Source of the DNA: Anthoceros angustus
Taxonomy: Eukaryota > Plantae > Anthocerotophyta
Assembly (NCBI GenBank): GCA_010909165.1
Contig: MU008156.1
Coordinates: forward strand, 682,001-746,000
DNA length: 64,000 bases
Direction of reading: 5' to 3'
The position numbers and the translations under genes were made by a program. Numbering within the stretch: the first letter of the stretch is position 1; each line of letters begins with the position of its first letter. Positions 36,977-48,496 of the stretch are shown piece by piece. The notes beneath the pieces were generated by a model. It ran no database searches and was not told the DNA's origin. It saw only the letters and a list, made by a program, of their open reading frames with translations.

Positions 36977-39600
36977 TCAAGACGCGTGTTGCTCCTCAGC
37001 TAGCTGAACGAGGTTGTTAAGGTCAAGAATGCCCTTCGTACCCCATCCCTTCACACCTTCCGAAACATTGGGTCTAAACTTCTCATACAGCCTGTATCCA
37101 GCTCTCCCGATTTCCTCCTGGGGTAACGAACTTGCAAGCTTCTCCATTGCCCCTTCAATAACAAGATGCGAACCATCAAATAATTCAGTGTCTGCAACGA
37201 TAACTGTGACACAGGCCTGTACTCATTGGAGCCAACCATAGAGAAGTGCACAAAATCCGGTGATAGCTATCATACAGAAACTTCACGTACCTTTCACTGC
37301 CTCAAAATCTGAACCAAATGCTCTCTTCACGTAGCCAAGTACTGAAGAAGGAGAAATATGTTTGCCGCTTTGATCAACAGCCAAGAGTTGGCCATCCTCC
37401 ATCCTTTTAACTCGCAACCTAGTTCCGAAAACCTCCACCTGCTCTAGATCCTCCTTTGCTCGTTGCCGCAATTCACGTTTCTCCTCTGCCTCAGGAGCAT
37501 CTTCCATGAGACCCAGCCGCTTCCCTTTGGCTTGTGCATACATTCCAGAGATTGCCTTGCCAAAAGTTAAGCCTTCCTCGAATTTATACCCTTCTCTCTG
37601 TGCCACTACCGGCACCCACAAGGTGATAACAGGGGCCCTGTTGATAAGCACTTTTCTGTCAAATTCACCAGTCTTCTCTGGAACCACGTCTTCCGAGATC
37701 GGCTTTCCCTCGTCAGCTGTCCCAGCTTCAGCCTCGCCCCGCACAATGCCTCGCTTCGCATCGTCATCTTTGACACGGGCAGCGTCGGATCCGGTGGTTT
37801 CCTCTCGCTTTTCTTCCGCATCTGGAGAGTCTTTCTTTACTTTCTCGTGGCTATCGTCAACAGCTGTAGCATCTACCACATCATTTGATCTCGAGATTGG
37901 GTCTTGCTGGCCCACTTCGGGTGATTTTTTACTCCTCGTCGATCTGCGCAGCAACCCATTCCCGCTCTCAGGATCCGCTTTTCCAACCGGCTTTGCAGTA
38001 GGTCGGCTTTCCTCTCCCGATCCAGCTTCAGGTTCACTTGAATCTGCCTTTGCTTCCTCCTTTGCCTTGGAATCCTTCTTAGCCTTTCGCTCCTTGGTCT
38101 TTGCTTCCTTCTTAGCCTTCTCCTCCTTCCCGGCCTTTGTTTCCCTCTTAGGAACCTTCGGTCTCTTCGCCGGTGTCTCCTTTTCCGCTATCTCCAAATC
38201 GTTGGCTCTCTTCTTTCCTGCAGGCTTTGCTCCCTCCACTTCGCCTTCACCAGTAGTCGGAGCACTACTTCGTAGCCCAGGTCGTTTGGACGTTGTACTC
38301 GGACTTGGTGCCTCGGTTGCGGGTTTTTTGCGCTTTTTCGAAGGTCCCTGCTCCACCTGATCCACATCCAAAGGAGGTTCACCGGCATCTGGTTTCTTGC
38401 TTCCCTTCGTTTTCCCCTTACCACCATCTGAAGCAGAGGGGACCTCATCTTGCTGGTTTGCTCGACCCCTCTTTTTCGGTTTAGCACCTTCTGAAGCTGA
38501 CGTAACTCGAGTTCGAGGAATGGCCTCTTGCTTTCTCTGTTTCCCTTTCTTCTGAGGGGCCCTCCCTGCAGGCGATGCTTCGCTCTTCTGAGAAGTCTCC
38601 TGTTTCTTCCGAACTCCTCCCTGGTCCTTGCCAGCATCCTCCCCTTTCTTGCCTTCGGCCTCTACAACGACGGCCTGCTTCGTTTCCTCCTGTTTCCTCT
38701 TGCGGTTCTTCTTCTGCCCAACTTCAGCTGAAGTGGAGGGTGATGCCGCCTGAGGGGTAGCCAATTTTTTAGTTTTACGCTCCTTCTTCTTCTTGGCAGC
38801 TGGCTGGGTAGCTCGCTTCTTCAACGAAGCACTTTTCTCCAGCTTACTTTCGTCTGGAGCAGAACGACCTCGAGCTGGCGGAGTCTTCTTCTTACTTTCA
38901 TGAGCCCCCCCATTTTTCGCCGAAGCATCATCGCCCTCTTGGTGGGCGTCCTCCTCCTTCCTCCGTGACTTCTTCTTCAGCTCTGAAATCACACGCGAAA
39001 TGGTACATAGGCAGTCATCCAACACTGGCCCATAATCGGACCCACAATTGAAGACTACCTTATCAGGGCCTACTACAGCTCAAATCCGTACATTATAGTC
39101 TTCAGGTCCTTAACTTTAGGGTGCTCCTCGACTAGATTCGCTCCGGAATCGCCAAATAGGCCCCTTGACATCCATGTCTGGAATGCCAGTAAAAGACCTG
39201 AAAACCTACTTCCAACGAGCATAGCAACGCCCTTGAACCGCAAAACCTAGACACACGGTTGCAGGCAGAGAGCTGTAATGAAGTACCTAGCCCCAACTCG
39301 CCATCAGGATTTTCAATTTTCCCTGCGTTGGACTTGGCCGCTCTCTTGCCTTTCGCAATTTTCTTATCGTCGCTGTCTTTTCGTTGCTTGCCAGTCTTGT
39401 TCGCACGTGCATTTGCTACCGAGTGTCAATAACAAAGGGCATTAGCAACCTGATACTACGTAGGTAATCAGCACAGTTCAATCGCAAGCAAAATAACTAG
39501 AATATCACCTATGTAGAAGAGAAACTAGCCTACGAACTACTTGAGAAGGCAAGACAAACACCCAGGGAACATGAAGCTGAGACAAACCTTTGCGCGCCAT
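36977..39600 (-). CDS. Lys/Glu-rich low-complexity protein with an uncharacterised globular-looking C-terminal domain (4 exons inferred)
   Basis: ATG at 39600 (MARK|ANAR...), a large exon about 38985-37293, and a last exon ending EEQHAS* at 36977. GT-AG phases are consistent. C-terminal part: LINRAPVITLW...AKGKRLG...YEKFRP...GWGTKGILDL. Confidence 0.82.
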
Positions 39601-40071
39601 GTCCACAAGCTGAGGCCGCTGTCCGGTACCCAAAGGGAGAGTCACACCACCCCAATGTGCAAAGATGGAAGGTCACACTGGAGAAGAGCCGCGGTTGCCA
39701 AGTGTGGATTGCCTCACTCCACGGACGCGTGGCTTTGATGAACTAGTCCCAACTCTCGTCCGCTGAGCACGCCCCAAATTTGAGAGATCGATTAAAAGAC
39801 TGGACTTTTACAATGCACTCGATCATGGGAGAGAATGGTCTACCTATGACCTCACATTGGATTTTAGGTCCTGTTGAGGGGAGGGTTGGAGTCTCACTGC
39901 TCTCTCTAGTGTGGGTGGTGGTTTGCCCTAGCCGTCACTCTTGCCCTATCTTAGAGAGAGAAAAGATGTGCTCTCCTTTCCCTTCTTAGAGAGAGAGGGA
40001 AAAAATCACACTCCCAAGCAAATTTAACATGAAGAGTGGAGTAGTAAGCTCTTGTATAGATATGTCTGCTA

Positions 40072-40410
40072 GGCATTTGGAAGCAGGAGTAGCTCAAGGC
40101 AAGCAATTGGAAGTAGGAGCAGCTCAAGGCAAGCAATTGGAAGCAGGAGTAACTCAAGGCAAGCAATTGGAAGCAGAGTAACTCAAGGCAGGCAATTGGA
40201 AGCAGGAGCAGCTCAAGGCAGGCAATTGGAAGCAGGAGCATCTCAAGCAAGGCAGGCAATTGGAAGCAGGAGCATCTCAAGCAAGGCAGGCAATTGGAAG
40301 CAGGAGCATCTCAAGGTAGGCAATTGGAAGCACGAGCATCTCAAGGCAGGCAATTGGAAGCAGGAGTAGCTCAAGGCAAGCATGTGGAAGCACGAGTAGC
40401 TTAAGGCAGG
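40072..40410. repeat. 30-bp minisatellite (some 34-bp units), about 10 copies
   Basis: aagcaggagtagctcaaggcaagcaattgg has a 30-bp period. Confidence 0.95.
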
Positions 40411-40469
40411 AACATCATGCCTGAGCAAGAGTAGCACAGAGGATCAAAATCAGGAGTTGTGTAGCAAAC

Positions 40470-41580
40470 TCTTGTATAGATATATTTGCTTGGGCATATG
40501 CAAGCAACAACGGGATGAAAATGAACAATGAGTGGCAAGATTTTGTATAGAAATATTTGCTTGAGCATATACAAGCAACAACAGGATGAAAATGAGCAGT
40601 AGAGTGGCAAGATCTTGTGTAAATATATTTGCTTGGGCATATGCAAGCAACAACAGGATGAAAATGAGCAGTGAGTAGCAAGATCTGGTCTAGATATATT
40701 TGCTTGGGCATATGCAACAACGGGATGAAAATGAACAATGAGTGGCAAGATTTTGTATAGAAATATTTGCTTGAGCATATACAAGCAACAACAGGATGAA
40801 AATGAGCAGTAGAGTGGCAAGATCTTGTGTAAATATATTTGCTTGGGCATATGCAAGCAACAACAGGATGAAAATGAGCAGTGAGTAGCAAGATCTGGTC
40901 TAGATATATTTGCTTGGGCATATGCAAGCAACAACAAGATGAAAATGAGCAGTAGAGTGGCGAGATCTTGTATAGATATATTTGTTTGGGCATATACAAG
41001 CAAGAATTGGATGAAAATGAGCAGTAGAGTGGCAAGATCTTGTATATGAATATTTGCTTGGGCATATGCAAGCAACAACAGGATGAAAATGAGTAGTAGA
41101 GTGGCAAGATCTTGAGCAGATATATTTGCTTGGGCATATGCAAGCAACAATTGGATGAAAATGAACAGTGAGTGGCAAGATCTTGTCTAGATATATTTGC
41201 TTGGGCATATGCGAGCAACAACAGGATGAAAATGAGAAGTAGAGTGGCAAGATCTTGTGTAGATATATTTGCTTGGGCATATGCAAGTAACTACTGGATG
41301 AAAATGAGCAGTGAGTGGCAAGATCTTATCTAGATATATTTGCTTGGGCATATGCAAGCAACACCAGGATGAAAATGAGCAGTAGAGTGGCAAAATCTTG
41401 TATAGATATATTTGGTTGGGCATATGTAAGCAACTACAAGATGAAAATGAGTAGTAGAGTAACAAGATCTTGTGTAGATATATTTGCTTGGGCATATGCA
41501 AGCAACAATGGGATGAAAATGAGTAGTAGAATGGCAAGATCTTGTATAGATATATTTACTTGGGCATATGCAAGCATCAA
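40470..41580. repeat. 70-72 bp minisatellite, about 15 copies, with a 210-bp higher-order duplication
   Basis: Unit gatatatttgcttgggcatatgcaagcaacaacaggatgaaaatgagcagtagagtggcaagatcttgtgta. 40511-40720 is repeated at 40721-40920. Confidence 0.95.
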
Positions 41581-44500
41581 CAGCTCTAGGTAGGGATATC
41601 AATTGTCAGCAAGAGCATTAGGACCTAAATCATGATGTGCAATTGGAGAAAGAGCAAAAAAGGAAGGCGTCTACAAACAAAGCTTGAAAAGGTCGAAATG
41701 CTATATCTGTCAAATATCTCTAAGAAAAATATCATACTATCAGACAACTCTAAGTTAAAGAGTTTATTGTAACAAAATGTGATCAAGCATGGGAAGGATG
41801 GAATGCTACATTTGTCGAATCTCTAAATTTATCGGATATCACACTGCCAGGTAAATCTAAAATGAAGCGTCCACTAGCAACTATATGATCAAACATCAAA
41901 TCTTGCATAGATATGTTTAGAAGAATGGAATGCTACATGTGTCAAATTTTCAAAGTTAATTTGGTTATGTGAAGCAAATTTAAGATAAAAGAACTCATTC
42001 GCAACATATGATCTATTATCAGCTTTTGTATAAATGTGTGTCTAATAAATAACAGCTATGTATGTAATGAACAAAGGTCTGTCTAATAAATAACATCTAT
42101 GTATGTAATGAACAAGAAACAAACATAACAAGGTATTTGTTTGTTTCAGATATACAACCAAGAACAAATACAACAAGGTATTTGTTTGCTTCAACTTTAT
42201 TCCTATGAACAAAGATAGTAAGATATGTGTTCCTATGAATAAAGATAAAAAGATATTTGTTTGATTCAGATTTACTACTATCATATTGACGTTTGTATGG
42301 TTTCCTTTCATGTAGCACAACCATGTTAGAATGTGAGGTTCTCCTACACATATTTTGCTAATTTCATTTTTATTTCAGGATTATTCTTTTAGTTTTAATT
42401 TCGAGAAGGGTTCCCCTATTGATTTAGAGACATTTTAAGCCACAATCTGAGATATCACCAAAAGGAAAAAAAAGGTATTAATTTGCTCCTTATTTTCTTA
42501 TAACCTAATGCAATGAGTCTATTATGTAGTAGTGTAATGGTTTACAGTTTCCATAAAATGTTGAATTTGTTCGCATTGAAGAGATATTTGCATTGAAGAC
42601 GCTAAGCAAGAGTTGTTTCTCTTTGTTCTCATTGAAAAGAACGGGGACAATTCTTGTTATTTTGGACAGAATTACACAAATTAGTTTACTCCTCTAGTAG
42701 TACGAAGTTGAATATGTTCATACGAGAGAATGAGAAAGTTTTTGCAGCTTTGTGTGTACATCACCTTGCTCGTTTGCAAAGTTGAATAGTATTAATCTTT
42801 AACATGCGATAAGACCATGACCAATTAATGTTGATATATAGCAGAAGTAACAAATTTTTATATTCATTCAAATGAAGCATATCTTCTCTCTAAATTAGAG
42901 ATCTATACGGAGATTTAGATGCAGCAAGCAAGTACTTGCGTGCAGCTAGGAGGCTCACCTAGTTAAGACTCACTCAAGCGGGCACAAAGATCTAAGTGGA
43001 AGCTAAATTTCGTATAATTGGAGCAATTAATTATTCCAAACTTAATAATAAATCTAGATAATTGATTTGGAAGATCTTTTCGTGGGCCATACTATCACAC
43101 CTTTTGTGTTACAATTCGCTTTCTTGAACGTCCCAAACATCATATTTAGAAAAGTGTTATGGTGATGGTACGTTAACTTATTGAGCAATGTCACACCTAA
43201 TGTATCCTAGCACATTAAGAGAGAGCAGCACTAACAACGATGAAGAAAAAAAACGAATATATCACATGCGAACTGGAAGGCTGGGACTAGGAATTTTGCA
43301 CGGTTTCTTCAAATGCTGGGCCAGGTCCTTACTCTTGTGTCATTCCAATTGCTAGCGCGTTGGTCGTGCTTCGCGCCGTCCGTTGAGTGTGGTCCTTGGT
43401 ATGATGCAGGGTGGTGGTGCCTTCTCAGGTTCTCCTTTTTCAGGACGATGCGGAACATTGGCAAACTCATTTTTGTTGAAACATTAAGGGAAGTGCAAAG
43501 GCTGGTAAGGTATAATACACTGCTACAGCCTTTCATCAAGCTTGAGAGGAAAATTGTTAGTAATGCTCAGAAGCTTTGATAAGAGGGTGAGGAAGACGAT
43601 GTCCTTCCAGGGCCTGACCCTGATTTGATGGAGTTTTAGTCCATCTTTTGTAGTCATTCTCAATGCATTGTTGACTTAAAATTTGCTCTTTTCGGCGAGA
43701 AAAAATAAGTATGAAGAGAGCAGTGATTTATGCATTTTGTTACATTTATTAAAGGATAGGTCATGAAACTCATTAATATTTGCTTATGCTTGACAGCTCT
43801 CCCCTCATACAAGCATGAAATCTAATCCAAACAATCACTCGAGACAAAATAGCTAAAGAATGTCCCAACCGATGATTAAAGTTCCACGAAAACTAAATGT
43901 ACATACATATACGCTAAAATGAATTGTACATAATGGGTAATAAGCATACCACAAAGAACATTCATATATATATATATGGATATATCAATAAAAAATGTTT
44001 AGAGGGCATCCATGATGGCACATTGTTGGAATATCTCATCCACCTTGAATTCCCAAACCAAAGGAAACAATAAATATATCTATTAAGGTCGTTATTATCC
44101 TATTTTTTTAATAGCAGTATATTTTTATTAGGTATAAAAGGCTTTAGTAATTCCCATTCATAATCCTATTCAAATGTTTTGGTGATTCTTATTCAAAGAG
44201 CTCCGATGACTTGTGTCGCTATTCGAAGCGTTCGGGCGATTCTCATCAAAAGCTCGGGTGGTTCTTATGAGTGTTGTTAATAAAGCTAATGTGTCCTTGA
44301 GATCAATAATGATGGGAGATGCAATAATAATGTCCAATAATGAGGCTACTAGAGATGGCTCATGGCTACCCCTGCATGCTTTTTTTGATCGCATGTTCAT
44401 AGAAGCTCATGTGTTTTTTGGTGAATAGTGACCATGTTAAGGGTACCCATGTCTGGGTACAAACGCTAGCAAAAGGAATAGTGACCCATGTATGGGTACA

Positions 44501-44974
44501 AACGCTAGCAAAAGCCAAAAGCTCTTACGATGGTGCCCAATTAGTAAGCCTGTCTTTTACATCTCAAATTTGATTTAGGCATTGTACGTGATTTTATGCC
44601 CTATTTTTATGGACTGTAAATCTCCACCATACTCTCACTGTGTACGAGGGGGGACTTGTCCACAAGTGGCTGATAGAGTTTGCTCAAGCTTTGATGTAAA
44701 TGCAATATGCCCACCTTAATCCGCGTCAAAGTGATATTTGCTATCGTGTTTCTAGGTGAGAACAAGGTTTCCCTTTCATCTTGTTGGGAATCAACAGATG
44801 TAAATTGCCTGACGCTAAATTGTTTTCCTAAAGACGAAGTTTTTCTGTCTCTTCGTCAATGGTAGCCAGGTTATGGTACAGGTGAAAATTTTGCGGGCAG
44901 GAAAGATACTTCTTACAGACCAGTTGGTCCATCTCCTTGTGATGGACCAGCTGAAAGGGGATACGCATATCCTG

Positions 44975-47587
44975 CTAGGGCTCATTCTCAGCGATAGCCT
45001 GAACACATGATGAGTACCCCATCAGCTGCTTATACAGCAACTCCTCCTTCCAAGTGACACGGTCTTCTAGCCAGTTGCCACTGAGACTCCGCTTGCCCCA
45101 GTCTCCCTTCTTCTTAGATCCCTTTGTGCCAAAGACTGCAAACAATTCACACAATCATTTTTCTTGGACCACAACGCTGCTCACACAGTGCCCCCCATCC
45201 ATCTTGCATTCCTTTCCATCAAACTCTGCATTTGAAAGGAAAATCTCACAGAACCAGCTACTGGGTCAGCATCTATTTTGTTCCTACGCTCATAAAAAAA
45301 CAGTCCGTGTTCAAACGTCCGGGAAACACTCACCTTCATTCAGGCTGCAGGTTTTCGCACCAGAAAATATGTTGTCAGGATCTATATGTTGCTGTTTGAT
45401 AATTGCTGGCAGCAAGTACTCAGACCTGGCATGGGGGGCGGTGGGGGGCGGGGGATTATGATCAGGTCAGCTGTTCTATTCACAGCGCTCAGAGATGGGC
45501 ACATGACAAAGTCGCAAGAAACGAGTGGTGAAGTTTAGGATAAACCTGGCCCATAAAGGAATTGGCTTTTGCTCCTTCTTGGTTGACCCATTTGCTTCAT
45601 CTTCCTCATCTTCATCTTCGTCATCGGACGAAGCACGGTAAGGTGAAATCTCGTAGGACTGCGGCCCCAGGTCTAGAGCTGCTACTGGCCTTTCTTGCAC
45701 TGGAGTGAGTCCTTTCTCATCGTCTGCCATCTCAGCTTGCTGCCTCTCTTCGCTTGAGGGTATTGCTTCATCCTCCTTCCTTCGCTTTCCATCCTGCTCT
45801 TCTATCTCTGCTTCCTGTCGCCCTCTTTTCTTGGCTGCAAGCTCAGCCCAGTTCTTCTTCATTTCCTCTTCTAGTTTCTTAAACTCCTCTTCCCTTCTTC
45901 TCCTATCCTCTTCTGCCTTCCTTGCCTTCTCTTGATCTATTCTACTTTTCACCTCTGAGGCTCGGTTGACTTTGGAAGAAACGACCTGAGAGTTAAGGAA
46001 CGTGTGACTGCAATCTGTCAACACTCCCCGCGCACCTGTGCTAGTCAATTTCCTCTTCTTCATGGTACAATCAGCTGCTGTCCTACTAGTGACACCAACT
46101 TTCGCCAACGCTTTGTTCCCTACCTCGGACAACTTTTCCTGCTCTACTCTCGTCTTTCGTTCTTTTTGTCTCTCTTCGTCTCGCAGCTGCTTTGCTTTCT
46201 CTTCTTTCTGCAACTTCTGTTGCTCTTTCCTCATCTTCCTTTCACGATCCCTTTGCTCCTCCACCTTCTTGGCAGCTTGCGCCGCCTCCAGTGCCCACAC
46301 TTTAACCACTCTGGAAGGAGGGGGCACAGCTTGCTGTTTCATCAATGGGAGGAAGGACTTGAGTCCATTTGTTCTATCCACCACATTTCCACGCCTTTGC
46401 TTTGACACATCACTGCCATTACCTCCTTCGGGCCCTATTCCAGCAGCAATACTCTGTTCACGACGCTGCTGCCAGTCCATGTCAACTACATCCTCCTCAG
46501 GAACCGGGAGGTGTACAAGGGGCAACGAAGCCAGGTCTCTCTGGCTACAGTCCGTGGGGAAAACAGCACCCAAATCTATAGACAAACTTGGCATACTCTG
46601 CTCCCTTTCTCCATCACTAGCAGCCAGAACAGGATGCAAGGAACTGTCATCTCCCGCAGGAAGCTCAGCCACATTTTCAACCTCTGCTAAAGACTCTGCA
46701 GCATTGTCGCCAGCCCGCCAGCGCCCGTCCTCATCACCAACACCACCATCCCGTAGGCACCTACTCTCATCATCAAAAGGCAAAGATGACCGGGATACAT
46801 CCACTTCCTTTTCCTCCATTTGCACAGCATCCTGCGGGCTAACGTCACTATCCAGCGTGCAATCAATCACCTCGAGTGCCAAGCGCGCAACACCCTCATC
46901 AGGCAAGCTCTCACCCTCATCATCAAGAGGCAACGGGGACGCGGGCTCCCCATCCTGCTCCCTTCCCTCCACTTGCACAGCATCTTGCGGGCAGACATAC
47001 TGTTCCATCTCCTCCGGTTGCAGCTCATCTTGCGGGCTAAGCTCACCTTGCGGGCTAACATCGCCATCCGAAGCACAATCCACCTCCTGCAGAACCAAAG
47101 AGGACAATGACTTCCCCAAAGAATAACGCCCCTCCACCTCCTCCGAATTATGCCCAGCAGTTACAAGATCTCCAGGCCTCGCCACTACCTCTACCTCCGC
47201 GCACTCCTCTACCCTACCCTCGTCTTGCAGGGTTAGAAATATCTCCACCTCTCTGCATTCCTCCACTCCGTCCTCGTCTTGGGGAATCGGCACAGTCTCT
47301 GCCCTGATGCATTCCTCCAGACTCTCCACATTTTCATCCTCCACAACCGCCCCTTTCCCTTGTGCTGCATCAACGAGGCTTTCATCCACCGCGTGCAAGT
47401 CCGGAGCCGGCGACTTCCGAGACACTCCCTTCCTCCAGGATGAAAACTCGAAGGCAGGCACGATCTGACGAATTGATCGCATTGCAGCTTCCAGGAGGCT
47501 GTACTGGTGCTGCGTTACCTGAGCCTCCATTCTGTCGAACGCACCGGTTGCAGACTCCACCAGGCAAAGCAGCCTCGCCTCCTCCAT
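44975..47587 (-). CDS. INCENP: Inner centromere protein (INCENP), chromosomal passenger complex
   Basis: A long first exon with charged coiled-coil/SAH stretches leads to SYEISPYRASSDDEDE...KPIPLWAR|SEYLLPAIIKQQHIDPDNIF...CSLNE|VFG...KRSLSGNWLEDRVTWKEELLYKQLMGY (IN-box, Aurora-binding). Confidence 0.88.
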
Positions 47588-48496
47588 CGCGCCTGCGACT
47601 CCAGGCTACCGCCTGCGCTAACGTTCAAAAATTCGCCAGCGCGAGAGCTAGTAAATTATCCGTGTACACGGCGGAAAGTTACCCACTTCCCGCAACGGGC
47701 CTGGGGAATTTCAAAGTTAACGATCAAACTCGCTGTGACATCAGTGGTATGGGCGTAATTCAATATATCTTACTTGCAAAGGGCCTTGGCAAAAACAATT
47801 TTCAGCACAGCTTCGAACGCGCGTAATTCAGTATCATTCACTAGAAAAGGGCAAACGCAATTTTCAGACCGTTTCGAAAGGGGGGACCGTAGCATCTTCA
47901 GCTCCGGTGGTTAATAGGCCCACCCTTATCCTTCCTTATTCTCCTTATTCTTATTCCAGATTCCGATTGTTAGTAGTAGCTTTGACATCTTGGGAGTGAT
48001 GTTATGAAAGGGAGTGATAGTAGCTTCATGGTCGTTTGGGGCCTAATCCTCTGGTCCTCTAGAGGTTGTTGGGACTGTCCCATTGCCCCAGTCTAGATGA
48101 GGTTGTTGGGACTGTCCCATTGCCCCAATGTAGATGGGACTTCCCATCTCTGCATACTTATAAAGTCCCTTTCATAAAAAAAACGTTTTGTATATACAAA
48201 TGTTCGAAACCGATGCAGTCTCATCAAACAAAGCCATACTAATCCATGTCTTTTTGGGTTTGGCCCACGCAATGGTAGACAGCACACAAAGCATTTCCAA
48301 CCGAGAGGGAAAGGTTTGGGCCCAAGGTATCCAGCAGCTTCCCAAAAACTATCTACGGCCCGACAGCCGGAATGCAGCTCCTGGGAGAACAGCTTCTAGG
48401 GTGACATCGCAAAACCGTTCCAACAAGAGCTCCCAGCACTGCCTTCACCACATTGAACCTCCTAATGTGGAACCTTCCAGACCTGGGATTTCGCAT

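Noticed and set aside
37506-38360. Long antisense ORFs opposite the Lys-rich gene (similarly 46038-47126 opposite INCENP)
   Set aside because: Ser/Phe-rich shadows of low-complexity GAA/AAG-rich coding sequence.
40401-41221. 249- and 268-aa repetitive ORFs on the minus strand
   Set aside because: By-product of a stop-poor 72-bp unit; 70-bp units shift frame freely, so there is no coding constraint.
45432-45455. G-run cluster as a G-quadruplex
   Set aside because: Only three runs of 3 or more G; it is the C-rich pyrimidine tract of a short INCENP intron.
47968-48230. Possible solo LTR (TGTTAG...AAACA) with a 36-bp internal duplication
   Set aside because: No matching TSD and no second copy in the window.
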